Assembly (NCBI GenBank): GCA_942490985.1
Contig: CALNYW010000007.1
Location: 107,657-171,656, forward strand
DNA length: 64,000 bases
Source: an uncultured Gammaproteobacteria bacterium
GTDB taxonomy: Bacteria > Pseudomonadota > Gammaproteobacteria > Chromatiales > Chromatiaceae
Direction: 5' to 3'
Both the position numbers and the translations under genes were made by a program. The notes under the pieces were generated by a model, which made no database searches, was not told the DNA's origin, and saw only the letters and a list, made by a program, of their open reading frames with translations. Below, one piece after another: positions 1 through 9,839 of the stretch (positions are counted from its first letter, which is position 1; every line of letters begins with the position of its first letter).

Positions 1-958
1 CAAAGTCCATGAAGTGATCGACACGTTCGTGGTACCCGGAGAATTCAAGGCTGGCGGTATCGAGATCCGTGAGATAGCGCAGGCTGACCCGCTTCTGCTC
101 GTTATCGAGCAGGTCCATGCGCTGATTCGGATATAGCTGTTCGGGCATATTCTGATAGCCGAGTTTTGCCTCGATCAGATCATCCCCGGCCTTGAATGCG
201 AGACCCAGGGTATGGTTTGCGGTCTCGAAGGCCGTCGATCCGACCTCGTCCAGCGGCAGGGTGTCGCCAATTCGGCCGGTGGCCGTATCCGTCTTGAAAT
301 CACCGCCGGCGGTGTAGTTGTCGGCCTGACTGTAGCTGCCGTTGTAGTTGATGCTGAACTTGTCGCTCGCATAGGTCGCCGAGGCATTGCCGCCATAGGC
401 GTCGTTGTTGCTCCGGTAAAAGGCGCCTACTTCACCCTTGGTGAGCGGTGTCTGATCAGAGACTGCAAACTCCGGGGCCGGTGTCTCGGCAATGATCGTG
501 CCGCCGATACTGTCACCACCCACACTCACCGGGGTAATGCCGGCATAGACTTTCAAGGTATCAAGGTTGCTCGGGTCGACGTAAGACAGCGGTGGGTTCA
601 TGTGATTCGGACAGGTCGCAATCAGATCCATGCCGTCGAGCTTGATGCGCAAACGGTCGTCGGCGAGGCCGCGGATCGATGGCAGGCCGGACACGCCGCC
701 GGCCCCGTTGACACTGACGCCCGGGACATTGCGCAACAGGCTGGCGGCATCACTGGTTGACGGGCGCAACAGCTGCAGCATGGCCGGGTCGACGCTGACC
801 TCGTTCGGCCCGCTCACCAAGTCCTCACTGAGCGCCTCGACATCGATCGCTGGAAGTCGCGTCTGCTCGGCTGTCGCGGCACTGGTTAAAAGCGCTAATG
901 TAACGAACAGGGGCAGTCCGCCGATTCGGTGAGCAGCTGGGGTTTGCTGATTCTTCAT
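1..958 (-). CDS. TonB-dependent outer-membrane receptor, copper-receptor (OprC/NosA-like) type; N-terminal 319 codons, remainder runs off the window start
   Basis: Absent from the ORF track because it is open to the window edge. Reverse-strand reading from ATG 958-956 gives a signal peptide (MKNQQTPAAHRIGGLPLFVTLALLTSAATA). Plug-domain text follows: LLRNVPGVSVNGAGGVSGLPSIRGLADDRLRIKLDGMDLIATCPNHMNPPLSYVDP...VYAGITPVSVGGDSIGGTI. No stop occurs down to position 1. I associate the DGMDLI..CPNHMNPPLSY block with the copper-receptor branch. Confidence 0.8.
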   Translation of the reverse strand, partial: MKNQQTPAAHRIGGLPLFVTLALLTSAATAEQTRLPAIDVEALSEDLVSGPNEVSVDPAMLQLLRPSTSDAASLLRNVPGVSVNGAGGVSGLPSIRGLADDRLRIKLDGMDLIATCPNHMNPPLSYVDPSNLDTLKVYAGITPVSVGGDSIGGTIIAETPAPEFAVSDQTPLTKGEVGAFYRSNNDAYGGNASATYASDKFSINYNGSYSQADNYTAGGDFKTDTATGRIGDTLPLDEVGSTAFETANHTLGLAFKAGDDLIEAKLGYQNMPEQLYPNQRMDLLDNEQKRVSLRYLTDLDTASLEFSGYHERVDHFMDF

Positions 959-1087
959 ACTCAATTTCCTGGAAAGTGCGATTGATACACGTCGTACAAC
1001 CTCGCCAGACAGATGCGATGCAAATGACCTGCGGACAGGCCTAAGCCACCGGACAAAGCCGGTGTTAACGATCAGCGATGGGAGGCT

Positions 1088-1501
1088 TCAGGAAAGCGCC
1101 GGTGGGGCGCGAGTGGAATAGGCAGAAAAATGCAGCGCGTGATGCGCATGTTCGGCGGTCTGATCCAGGAGATGAAGCACTTGCAGCACCAGCATCGGTG
1201 GCAGCAACGGCTCGACAATTTGTAACGTGCCCGCTATCTGGTAAAGCTTCAGCGCTGGGCAATGTTCGGAGCCCCCGTCATCAGAAAGACCGGGGATATC
1301 GACATGGACGACCTTTTCACCCTGCAATGTGCAGAGCACTACCGACATGCCTTTGGCATCGTGAACCAACACGGGCGTGGCCAGATAGGCCAATATCGGC
1401 TGCAGCAGAAATATCGCCAACAACATCCCGACCACCGTCACCCGGGTGGAACGTCGAAATACCACGCCACCCCTTTGGTGGCTGTTTGTTGGCGTGATCA
1501 T
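1088..1501 (-). CDS. small membrane protein, possibly DUF2946-like (copper-receptor associated)
   Basis: 137-aa ORF, co-oriented with and directly upstream of the receptor, starting 10 nt after the Spy-like gene stop. It has one clear TM segment (VTVVGMLLAIFLLQPILAYLATPVLV) and a Cys/His-containing tail (CTLQG, SEHCP, HAHHALH). The family call rests on context and composition only. Confidence 0.35.
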   Translation of the reverse strand: MITPTNSHQRGGVVFRRSTRVTVVGMLLAIFLLQPILAYLATPVLVHDAKGMSVVLCTLQGEKVVHVDIPGLSDDGGSEHCPALKLYQIAGTLQIVEPLLPPMLVLQVLHLLDQTAEHAHHALHFSAYSTRAPPALS

Positions 1502-1511
1502 CGCCAGTCGA

Positions 1512-2054
1512 TTACCGAGGCTGCAGACTCACGAGCTTGGCAAACTGTTCCGGGCTGAGCACGCGCTTCAGATTATCTCGGCAATCCGCCTTGGTGGCGA
1601 TGATCTGGGTGCGCTCGGTCATGATGCGTGATGCCATACCCATCAGTTCAGCCTTCGGCTTGCCGTCTAGCGCGGCTTGCTTAAGTTCCGCCTCCAGGGC
1701 CATGACCCGCTCTGCCCGGGCGTGCATCGGCTTCATGTTGCTCTCGCGCCAGGCGGCCAATTGTTTGGCTTGGTCGTCGCTCAGGCCCAACTGATCGCCC
1801 TGTTTGTTGACGATCTTCATCAGGTTCGGCATCGGGTTGGCGTGGCGCATCGCATAGCCTTTTTGTTTGCCATGCCCTTTACCGCCTTGCATCCCATAGC
1901 CTTTCCCACCGGCCTGTTGGCAATCACCCTGTGCCGGGGCCATGCCTTGCCCACTACAGCCGCCTTTTGCTGCCATCTGGCCGCTGGCAACAGCGCTACC
2001 GGAGACAATCAGTGCGAACAGCAGACTTCCCACAATCACCGTCGTTCTCATCAA
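1512..2054 (-). CDS. periplasmic Spy/CpxP-family (LTxxQ motif) protein, metal-stress type
   Basis: Signal peptide MMRTTVIVGSLLFALIVSGSAVA. Gly/Lys/His/Met-rich spacer GKGYGMQGGKGHGKQKGYAM. Two LTxxQ-like helices (LSDDQAKQL, LSPEQFAKL). Confidence 0.65.
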   Translation of the reverse strand: MMRTTVIVGSLLFALIVSGSAVASGQMAAKGGCSGQGMAPAQGDCQQAGGKGYGMQGGKGHGKQKGYAMRHANPMPNLMKIVNKQGDQLGLSDDQAKQLAAWRESNMKPMHARAERVMALEAELKQAALDGKPKAELMGMASRIMTERTQIIATKADCRDNLKRVLSPEQFAKLVSLQPR

Positions 2055-2184
2055 TACGGCCTCTTGACCAAAAGATTACCAGCCGGGGATTATTGCCAAA
2101 ACCAGTACGGTTGTACTTAACCATAATCAAGTTGAAGAGACCTCATCGCGGCAGACTGCGATGGCATTTTTTATGGGCGCACAA

Positions 2185-2209
2185 CAAAAAACCCCCGCCG
2201 AAGCGGGGG
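2185..2209 (-). terminator. rho-independent terminator of the Gly/Pro-repeat protein gene
   Basis: Stem cccccgc (2192-2198), loop cgaa, stem gcggggg (2203-2209). On the minus strand it is followed by a T-run (plus-strand A-run 2185-2191). It lies 27 nt downstream of the stop at 2236. Confidence 0.65.
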
Positions 2210-2235
2210 TCGTAAAATCGCTGATCTCGAGACGC

Positions 2236-2799
2236 TTAATTGAAGGTGAAGTTGTCGCGCATGATGTGCGGCGCACGCCGCGCGTTTTTCTCGAACTCGT
2301 CACCGACATCGATCGGGTTCGGGATATCGATCGTCGGTGCTTTCCAGCCCGGCGGGACGCGGCCCATGCGCGCTGGCGCGTTCATCATGTCATCCCACGC
2401 CTGTGACATACCATCTTGCGGGTCCGTCGGATTCATCCAGTACTGTGGTCCAGCACCCCACACCTGGCGTCGTGTCGGATTGAAGCTATCGGGACGCGAC
2501 ATGTCGAAGCTTTGCATAAACGGCACGCCACGGAATGGGGAGCCACCACCGCCGAACGGTCCGCCGCCGTTGAAAGGTCCGCCGCCGAATGGACCACCGC
2601 CATATGGCGCACCACCGTATGGTCCGCCCCCGTAGGGTCCACCGCCGTAAGGTCCACCTGCGAAAGGCATCGGTCCATAACCGCCGGGCGCACCGTAGGG
2701 CATCGCGCCTGGTCCTGGCATTGGTGCATAAGGCTCTGCCGCCGCGATTTGGCTACCAATCAGCATCAGCGACGCCGCAAAAATTCGAAAACTGGCCAT
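2236..2799 (-). CDS. secreted Gly/Pro/aromatic-repeat protein, unknown function
   Basis: I prefer the ATG at 2799 (AGGAG 7 nt upstream) over the track start at 2841. Signal peptide MASFRIFAASLMLIGSQIAAA. The repeat block is GGPYGGGPYGGGPYGGAPYGGGPFGGGPFNGGGPFGGGG, followed by a non-repetitive ~110-aa C-terminal domain. No family recognised. Confidence 0.6.
   Translation of the reverse strand: MASFRIFAASLMLIGSQIAAAEPYAPMPGPGAMPYGAPGGYGPMPFAGGPYGGGPYGGGPYGGAPYGGGPFGGGPFNGGGPFGGGGSPFRGVPFMQSFDMSRPDSFNPTRRQVWGAGPQYWMNPTDPQDGMSQAWDDMMNAPARMGRVPPGWKAPTIDIPNPIDVGDEFEKNARRAPHIMRDNFTFN
2541..2668 (-). repeat. 15-nt periodic coding repeat (GGPY/FG pentapeptide units)
   Basis: The plus strand reads ccgccgaacggtcc / ccgccgttgaaaggtcc / ccgccgaatggacc / ccgccatatggcgc / ccaccgtatggtcc / ccccgtagggtcc / ccgccgtaaggtcc. 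Confidence 0.6.
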
Positions 2800-2971
2800 C
2801 GAAATCTCCTTTGATTTTGAACTGGCGCGGCGCCGGGGCACAACGCAAGCTAGTCAGTATAGATAATTAATTGCCTTTGACCGGATGGAAACTACTCCTG
2901 CCCGCTCTATGAAGCGACACCAGCGATATCCGGCAACATGCATATTAGAGTATTCTAATTTACTCGTAATT

Positions 2972-4162
2972 TCAAGCTCGGCCTGTTAAACCACGGGCCA
3001 GGTCGTCTCTGATGTCGGCAAACGCCTCAAGGCCGACGGCCACACGAATCAAACCATCGCCGATTCCCGCAGCGGCACGCTCCTCGATCGACAGCCGCCC
3101 ATGCGTGGTCGTCGCCGGATGGGTAATCGTCGTCTTCGTATCACCGAGGTTGGCTGTTATCGACAACATCCTGGTTGCATCGATCACGCCCCACGCCCCC
3201 GCCTTGCCGCCAGCGACATCAAACGCCACGATCCCGCCGGGCGCGCGTTGTTGCTGCCTGGCCAGCGCCTGTTGAGGATGTGAGGCCAGACCCGGGAAAT
3301 AGACCCGTTCGACATGCGGCTGTGCGACAAGCCATTCAGCCAGCTGCTGCGCGCCGGCACTGTGTGCCTGCATCCGCAGCGCGAGCGTTTCCAAGCCTTT
3401 TAAAAAAATCCATGCCGCGAAGGGACTCATGGTCGGTCCGGCTGTGCGGAGAACGCCGTAAATCTCTTCCCCAACCATTTTCCGATCGCCCACCACGGCA
3501 CCCCCGACCGCGCGACCCTGCCCGTCGAGATACTTGGTCGCCGAATGAATAACGATGTCGGCACCGAGGTCGAGCGGGCGTTGCAGTGCCGGCGTGCAAA
3601 AGCAGTTATCAACCACGAGCACGCAATCGTTGCGATGGGCCAACGCCGCCAACGCCGCAATATCGGCGACCTCAGTCAGCGGGTTTGACGGCGTCTCCAA
3701 AAAGAGCATCCGGGTCGCCGGCGTTATCCGGCTCTCCCAGTCAGCGAGGGCAGTCAGATCGGCATAGTCGGTTTGAATGCCGAATCGCGCGAGATACTTG
3801 TTGAACAACACGGTCGTGCTGCCAAAGATGCTGCGCGAGCTGACGACGTGGTCACCCTGCGTCAACAAGCCCATGCAGGTGGCAAGAATCGCCGACATAC
3901 CCGACGCCGTCGCCACGCTGACCTCTCCGCCTTCCATCGCGGCCAGGCGTTCCTCGAAGGCGCGGACCGTCGGATTGGTAAAGCGCGAGTAGATGTTGCC
4001 GGCCGTTTCGCCGGCAAACCGTGCGGCCGCCTCGGCCGCACTATCAAAAACAAAACTCGAGGTGGCGTAAATGGGTTCGCTATGTTCACCCTCGGCGCTA
4101 CGCCGATGGCCCACGCGCACTGCCACCGTCTCCAACGACCAATCAGGATCGTGCTCGCTCAA
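2972..4162 (-). CDS. metZ: O-succinylhomoserine sulfhydrylase (Cys/Met-metabolism PLP enzyme)
   Basis: 396 aa with PLP-lysine context [16 protein letters not shown]. It sits directly downstream of purF with a 4-nt stop/start overlap (4159-4162), the Pseudomonas purF-metZ arrangement. Confidence 0.85.
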   Translation of the reverse strand: MSEHDPDWSLETVAVRVGHRRSAEGEHSEPIYATSSFVFDSAAEAAARFAGETAGNIYSRFTNPTVRAFEERLAAMEGGEVSVATASGMSAILATCMGLLTQGDHVVSSRSIFGSTTVLFNKYLARFGIQTDYADLTALADWESRITPATRMLFLETPSNPLTEVADIAALAALAHRNDCVLVVDNCFCTPALQRPLDLGADIVIHSATKYLDGQGRAVGGAVVGDRKMVGEEIYGVLRTAGPTMSPFAAWIFLKGLETLALRMQAHSAGAQQLAEWLVAQPHVERVYFPGLASHPQQALARQQQRAPGGIVAFDVAGGKAGAWGVIDATRMLSITANLGDTKTTITHPATTTHGRLSIEERAAAGIGDGLIRVAVGLEAFADIRDDLARGLTGRA

Positions 4163-5679
4163 TGGTCGTTATGCAGCCCGATGACATCGGCCGGCGGCTG
4201 CACCTCCCGCGTCGCCTTCGCGCCATCGCAACGATCGGCCTCGAGGCGCTCGAGGTAATCCGGGGTGATGTCGCCGGTGACATATTCGCCATTGAATACC
4301 GAGGTATCAAAGCGCTCGACAGCCGTTTTGCCCTTTTTACCAACCGCCTCGATCAGATCCTGGAGATCCTGGTAGATCAATCCATCGGCGCCGATCCAGT
4401 CGCAGACCTCCTGCTCCGTGCGCCCATGAGCCACCAGCTCGTTGGCCGCCGGCATGTCTATCCCATAGACATTGGGGTACCGGACCGGTGGCGCCGCTGA
4501 CGCGAAATAGACATTCTTGGCACCGGCATCACGGGCCATCTGGACGATCTGGCGGGAGGTCGTCCCGCGGACGATCGAGTCGTCGACCAGCAGGACGTTT
4601 TTACCTCTGAACTCAACGTCGATCGGGTTGAGCTTCTGGCGGACCGACTTTTTTCTCACGGCTTGGCCGGGCATGATGAAGGTGCGCCCGATATAACGGT
4701 TTTTGATAAAGCCCTCGGTAAACCGGACCCCGAGCACATGGGCCAGGCTCATCGCCGAGGTACGGCTGGTGTCCGGGATCGGGATAACAACATCGACGTT
4801 GCTCTTACCGAGCTCGCGCTGGACTTTCTTGGCCAGTCGCTTACCCATGCGTAGGCGTGCCTTGTGGACGAAGATGTTGTCGATGACGGAATCAGGACGC
4901 GCGAAGTAAACAAACTCGAAGATACAGGGGCTCCGTTGTGGCGACTCAGCGCATTGTCGGGTATGCAAATCACCGCTGAACGTCATGATGACCGCCTCAC
5001 CCGGTTCGACATCCCTCACCCGGTCGAAATCCAATGTATCGAGCGCCACGCTCTCTGAGGCAACCATCATTTCGGGCTCGTCACCACCATCCCGGACACC
5101 GAAGACCAGTGGCCGGATACCATTCGGGTCACGGAAGGCCAAGACGCCAAACCCGGGAATCATCGCGACCGCCGCGTAGCCGCCGCGACACCTTTTGTGC
5201 ACCGCCTCGACGGCGCGAAACACATGATTCTCATCCAACGACAGGTCGGTGGTCTGGGCCGCGAGTTCGTGGGCGAACACGTTGAGCAGGATCTCAGAAT
5301 CGGAATCTGTGTTGATGTGGCGACGATCTTCGCGGAACAGGTCGCGCTTCAGGGCCTCGGCGTTGGTCAGGTTACCGTTGTGCGCCAAACAGATCCCGAA
5401 CGGCGAGTTGACGTAGAAAGGTTGGGCCTCGGCCGATGACGAACAGCCTGCGGTCGGGTAGCGCACGTGACCGATCCCCATACGTCCCGGCAAATTGATC
5501 ATGTGATGGTTATCAAAGACATCGCGCGCCAGACCATTGTCTTTGCGCAAATGCAGCCGCCCATGATCACAAGTCATGATGCCGGCCGCATCCTGACCAC
5601 GGTGCTGCAAGACTTGCAGGGCATCGTACAGTGACTGGTTGACCGGTCCTGTTCCGACCATGCCGACAACTCCACACAT
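4159..5679 (-). CDS. purF: amidophosphoribosyltransferase
   Basis: [10 protein letters not shown]-terminal Cys nucleophile and PRPP motif [14 protein letters not shown]; 506 aa. Confidence 0.95.
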   Translation of the reverse strand: MCGVVGMVGTGPVNQSLYDALQVLQHRGQDAAGIMTCDHGRLHLRKDNGLARDVFDNHHMINLPGRMGIGHVRYPTAGCSSSAEAQPFYVNSPFGICLAHNGNLTNAEALKRDLFREDRRHINTDSDSEILLNVFAHELAAQTTDLSLDENHVFRAVEAVHKRCRGGYAAVAMIPGFGVLAFRDPNGIRPLVFGVRDGGDEPEMMVASESVALDTLDFDRVRDVEPGEAVIMTFSGDLHTRQCAESPQRSPCIFEFVYFARPDSVIDNIFVHKARLRMGKRLAKKVQRELGKSNVDVVIPIPDTSRTSAMSLAHVLGVRFTEGFIKNRYIGRTFIMPGQAVRKKSVRQKLNPIDVEFRGKNVLLVDDSIVRGTTSRQIVQMARDAGAKNVYFASAAPPVRYPNVYGIDMPAANELVAHGRTEQEVCDWIGADGLIYQDLQDLIEAVGKKGKTAVERFDTSVFNGEYVTGDITPDYLERLEADRCDGAKATREVQPPADVIGLHNDH

Positions 5680-5706
5680 CGCGAACCCGACCTCTCTGCT
5701 ATCGCG

Positions 5707-6204
5707 CTATGGCGCAGTGTACCGGAAACGATCTGCAAACTCCGGCGGCAAAAGGTCACGCAGCCAGAACGCAAGTTCCTCGAAATAGCCCACCAGGCTC
5801 GACTCGAACCACCAGCCCTCGGTCGGCAACGGCGTCAGCCCGGCCAGCAGCACCAGAACCGCCACCAGGAGCACACCGCGGGCCGCACCAAACACCATGC
5901 CGATCAACCGGTCGGTGCCGGACATGCCGGTTCGCTCGACGAGCTGGATGATCAGGTAATTGACCAGGCCACCCAGCGTCAGTGTGACAATCATCAGCAG
6001 TGCGAACGCGATACCCAGCCGCGCGGTCGGCGAGCCGATCCAGTCGCGCAAAGGCACCTCGAGATCGCGAAAAAAACTCCAACTGACCCAGAACGCCAAC
6101 ACCCAGATAGCCAGCGAGAAAGCCTCGCGGACGAAACCACGCGCAAGGCTGATGACCGATGACAACGCAATGATCGCGATGATCGCGATATCGAGCCAGG
6201 CCAT
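5707..6204 (-). CDS. cvpA: colicin V production membrane protein CvpA
   Basis: 165 aa, four hydrophobic segments, N-terminus MAWLDIAIIAIIALSSVISLARGFVREA. Conserved position between purF and dedD. Confidence 0.85.
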   Translation of the reverse strand: MAWLDIAIIAIIALSSVISLARGFVREAFSLAIWVLAFWVSWSFFRDLEVPLRDWIGSPTARLGIAFALLMIVTLTLGGLVNYLIIQLVERTGMSGTDRLIGMVFGAARGVLLVAVLVLLAGLTPLPTEGWWFESSLVGYFEELAFWLRDLLPPEFADRFRYTAP

Positions 6205-6252
6205 CAGTGACAGCCGCGGTTGAGCGGTGCGTTCGGCAACGACGTCATGACA

Positions 6253-6759
6253 TCACGGATAGGATCTAACCTGCGCCTTAGTGCCTGCAACAGCGTTGAC
6301 CTTTTCAAGTATCCGATCGGCTTCGGCACGCTCGACAACCGGCCCTACCTTGACACGAAAATAGCGTTTGCCGCGGATATCGACCAATTCGGGATCTGGC
6401 GTTGGCAGCTGCGCGGCGCGCAATTTTTCAACCAATTGTTGGGCATTTTCCTGGCTGGAAAAACTGCCCACTTGCACAACCCAGGCGGTCAACCCGGTAC
6501 GGGGTTTTTCCGATGGCGGCTCGGGGCTCGGCGTTGTTGAAGCCACATCTTCCGTCTGGATCGGTGCCAACGGGGTTATCGCAGGCATTTCCTCGCGCAG
6601 CTTCTCCGACGCGAAATCGCGCTGCGGCGGTTGCTCGGGCAATGGCGGTAACGCCGGCGGCCGCGCGGGCGGATCCTCGAACAGCATCGGCACGAAGATA
6701 ACGGCCAGCGACGCCAGCACGGCGGCGCCAATCAAACGCTTCTTTAGTCCTTCGTCCAT
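6253..6759 (-). CDS. dedD: SPOR-domain cell-division protein (DedD-like)
   Basis: N-terminal TM (LIGAAVLASLAVIFVPMLF), Pro-rich linker and C-terminal SPOR text WVVQVGSFSSQENAQQLVEKLRAAQLP...YFRVKVGP. Confidence 0.7.
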   Translation of the reverse strand: MDEGLKKRLIGAAVLASLAVIFVPMLFEDPPARPPALPPLPEQPPQRDFASEKLREEMPAITPLAPIQTEDVASTTPSPEPPSEKPRTGLTAWVVQVGSFSSQENAQQLVEKLRAAQLPTPDPELVDIRGKRYFRVKVGPVVERAEADRILEKVNAVAGTKAQVRSYP

Positions 6760-6800
6760 CGCTCTGCGGGCTGGTCAGCGGAAGCCGGAATTATACGTCG

Positions 6801-8093
6801 TTATCTGTCAGGGTGGTCTCGTTGCGTGTCCGACAGCCAGGTCATCGCCGCACCGACTGTCAAAAAAGAGCCGAATACCACGATCACATCGTCGGCTGCC
6901 GACTGACTCACCACCTGAACGAGCGTTTCTTCGACCGGCCCACCCTTCACCAGCGGCACGTCACCGAGTTCCGCAGAGACCTGAGCCGCCAACGCATCCG
7001 CCGACAGGCCGCGCGGCTGCGCCGACAAGTCGACCAGGTACCAGGCGTCGAAGCGACCGCGCAAGACCCGCACAATACCCGCGACGTCTTTGTCGTTGAG
7101 CGCACCAAACACGGCTACGCGCTGGGCCGGCACGAAAAAATCGCCGAGCAGGTCGTTGAGCACCTCGGCAGCCTGGGTGTTGTGTGCCACATCGAGCACC
7201 CATGTCGGCTCCCCGGGACGCACGTCAAACCGACCGGGAAGCTGCGCCGCCAGCAGGCCGCTGCGGATCGCTCGTTGATCCAGCGGCAATCGATCGGCGA
7301 GAAAGTCGAGCGCGACAAGCACACCAGCGGCATTATCGATCTGACGAGAACCGCGCATGGTCGGGAACGGCAGGGCGCGGCGCGGCAGGCCGCCGCACTG
7401 CAGATCCCAACTTTCCTGCCGCCGGCTGATGACATAGTCCTTGCCGGCGACCCTTAGATCGGCATTGAGTTCGGTGGCACGGGCCGCGATGCTGTCTGGC
7501 ATATCCCGGCCCGAGAACACCGCTGGGCGGCCGGCGCGCAGGATCCCCGCCTTTTCCCGGCCGATCTGCTCGCAGTCGTCACCCAGCCAGGCCTGGTGAT
7601 CGAGGCCGATGCTGGTGATCAACGCCACGTCGGGATCCAGCAGGTTCACCGCATCCAATCGCCCTCCCAACCCTACCTCGAGCACCAGGGCGTCCAGGCG
7701 CTGTTGCGCGAAAAGCCAGAAAGCGGCCAGTGTGCCGAATTCGAAATAGGTTAAGAGGACGTTGCCACGGGCTCGATCGACGGCGTCAAACGCCGCACAG
7801 ATCGCATCATCATCGACCGGCGTCTGATCGATCCGAATGCGTTCGTTGTAATCGATGAGGTGGGGCGACGAGTAACAACCCGTGCGGTAGCCGGCCGCCT
7901 GCAGGATGGCTTCTGCAAACGCGACACTGGAGCCTTTGCCGTTGGTTCCGGCAACCGTCACGATCGGGCACGCGAATGCCGGCGTCGCCAGTTCTTTCCA
8001 CACCTGGTCGACGCGTTCCAGACCAAGTTCGATGGATGCGGGATTGAGCCCCGCCTGCCAATCCAGCCATGCGGACAGCGAATCGAAACGCAT
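6801..8093 (-). CDS. folC: bifunctional folylpolyglutamate synthase / dihydrofolate synthase
   Basis: 430 aa with Mur-ligase-type P-loop VAGTNGKGSSVAF. Synteny accD-folC-dedD. Confidence 0.9.
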   Translation of the reverse strand: MRFDSLSAWLDWQAGLNPASIELGLERVDQVWKELATPAFACPIVTVAGTNGKGSSVAFAEAILQAAGYRTGCYSSPHLIDYNERIRIDQTPVDDDAICAAFDAVDRARGNVLLTYFEFGTLAAFWLFAQQRLDALVLEVGLGGRLDAVNLLDPDVALITSIGLDHQAWLGDDCEQIGREKAGILRAGRPAVFSGRDMPDSIAARATELNADLRVAGKDYVISRRQESWDLQCGGLPRRALPFPTMRGSRQIDNAAGVLVALDFLADRLPLDQRAIRSGLLAAQLPGRFDVRPGEPTWVLDVAHNTQAAEVLNDLLGDFFVPAQRVAVFGALNDKDVAGIVRVLRGRFDAWYLVDLSAQPRGLSADALAAQVSAELGDVPLVKGGPVEETLVQVVSQSAADDVIVVFGSFLTVGAAMTWLSDTQRDHPDR

Positions 8094-8104
8094 GATTCAG
8101 GGGT

Positions 8105-8965
8105 TCAGCTGCGGCTTTCAGGCACCAGCATGCCAAGGATGCTGGCCAGTCGATCACGGATCTCGCGGCGATCGATAATCATGTCGATGGCGCCGTGTTC
8201 GAGCAGGAACTCGCTGCGCTGAAAACCCTCCGGTAGTGTCTCCCGCACGGTCTGCTCGATGACCCGCGGCCCAGCAAAACCGATCAGCGCACCGGGCTCA
8301 CCGATATTCAGATCGCCTAGCATCGCAAAGCTCGCGGATACACCGCCCATGGTGGGATCCGTCATCACCGAGATGAACGGCAACCCGTGGCCCGACATAC
8401 GGTTGAGGGCGGCCGAGGTCTTGGCCATCTGCATGAGCGAGAACAGTGATTCCTGCATGCGGGCGCCGCCACTGGCGGCAAAACAGACCATCGGACACCG
8501 GCGTTCGATAGCGGCATTGACGCCCTCGACAAATCGCTGACCGACGACCGAGCCCATCGAACCACCCATAAAACTGAATTCGAAGGCGGCGACGATGATT
8601 TCGCGGCCCTTGAGCTGGCCGCGCATGACCACCAAGGCGTCTTTTTCGCCCGATTTCTTTTGCGCGGCACTCAGACGGTCTTTGTATTTCTTGCTGTCTT
8701 TGAACTTGAGCGGATCGCCGGATTCGAGTTCCGCGCCGATCTCCTCGCGTGAGTCGTCGTCGAGAAACAGATCGAGGCGTCGACGGGCTCCGATGCGATT
8801 GTGGTAACCGCACTTCGGACAGACCTCCATGTTGCGCTCCATCTCAGCGCGATACAGCACAGCATTGCAGCTCGGACACTTTGCCCAAAGCCCTTCGGGA
8901 ACGGCCTTCTTATTGCCGCCTTCCGTGCGGATGCGGCTGGGCATTAGTTTCTCGAACCAGCTCAT
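8105..8965 (-). CDS. accD: acetyl-CoA carboxylase carboxyltransferase beta subunit
   Basis: [12 protein letters not shown] start, Zn-ribbon CPSCNAVLY...CPKCGYH, carboxyltransferase domain; 286 aa. Confidence 0.95.
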   Translation of the reverse strand: MSWFEKLMPSRIRTEGGNKKAVPEGLWAKCPSCNAVLYRAEMERNMEVCPKCGYHNRIGARRRLDLFLDDDSREEIGAELESGDPLKFKDSKKYKDRLSAAQKKSGEKDALVVMRGQLKGREIIVAAFEFSFMGGSMGSVVGQRFVEGVNAAIERRCPMVCFAASGGARMQESLFSLMQMAKTSAALNRMSGHGLPFISVMTDPTMGGVSASFAMLGDLNIGEPGALIGFAGPRVIEQTVRETLPEGFQRSEFLLEHGAIDMIIDRREIRDRLASILGMLVPESRS

Positions 8966-9032
8966 GCTTGTCCCCGTCTGATGATGCTCGCCAGTTTAGC
9001 CGGACGGCTGGTGCCCTTCCAGCGTGAACCGG

Positions 9033-9839
9033 TCAAGCGGCATCCATCGCCGCGCGCATCTCACCGAGCAGTTGACGGACCTCGGCAATCGCCTGCTCGG
9101 GCTTATCCGCATTGGCCTCGATCCGCGACACCAGGGCACTCCCGACCACAACGGCGTCGGCGATACCGGCCATCGCGGCCGCGGTTTGTGCATCTTTTAT
9201 CCCAAACCCAACGCCAACCGGTAGATCCGTACAGGCGCGAATCGCTTCGAGCTTGTCACGCACGTCGTCTACCGACAGGTTGGCCGCACCGGTCACACCT
9301 TTCAGTGACACGTAGTAAACGAAGCCGCTGGCGGACTGCGTAATACGCTCAATACGCGCGCGATTGCTGGTCGGTGCCAGTAGAAAAATGGGATCAATGC
9401 CGTGAGCGGACATTGCCGGCACGAACGTCGCACTCTCTTCAGGCGGGATATCGACCGTCAGCACACCATCGACACCCGCCGCCGCCGCCGACTCTGCAAA
9501 CGCCTCGTAGCCCATCACCTCGAGCGGATTCAGATAGCCCATCAAAACAACCGGGGTCCGCTGATTGGTGTCGCGGAATTGCCGCACAACATCGATGACA
9601 TCATGCAACGAAACGTGTTGAGCAAGTGCCCGCTCGCTGGCCCGTTGGATGACCGGCCCGTCGGCCATGGGGTCCGAGAACGGCACGCCAAGCTCGATGA
9701 TGTCTGCACCGGCCTCGACCAGCGCGTGCATCAACGGCAGGGTGGTCGCAAGACTCGGGTCACCAGCGGTCACAAACGGAATCAGGGCCTGCCGGCCCTG
9801 ATCTTTCAGCGTGGTGAAAACACCCGCGATTCGACTCAT
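9033..9839 (-). CDS. trpA: tryptophan synthase alpha chain
   Basis: 268 aa, [22 protein letters not shown]. 4-nt overlap with the trpB stop (9836-9839). Confidence 0.95.
   Translation of the reverse strand: MSRIAGVFTTLKDQGRQALIPFVTAGDPSLATTLPLMHALVEAGADIIELGVPFSDPMADGPVIQRASERALAQHVSLHDVIDVVRQFRDTNQRTPVVLMGYLNPLEVMGYEAFAESAAAAGVDGVLTVDIPPEESATFVPAMSAHGIDPIFLLAPTSNRARIERITQSASGFVYYVSLKGVTGAANLSVDDVRDKLEAIRACTDLPVGVGFGIKDAQTAAAMAGIADAVVVGSALVSRIEANADKPEQAIAEVRQLLGEMRAAMDAA

Noticed and set aside
212-932. Plus-strand ORFs of 182 and 100 aa (and minus-strand 175-396) at the window start
   Set aside because: They overlap the TonB-dependent receptor frame, which carries clear signal-peptide and plug-domain text. 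They are shadow ORFs.
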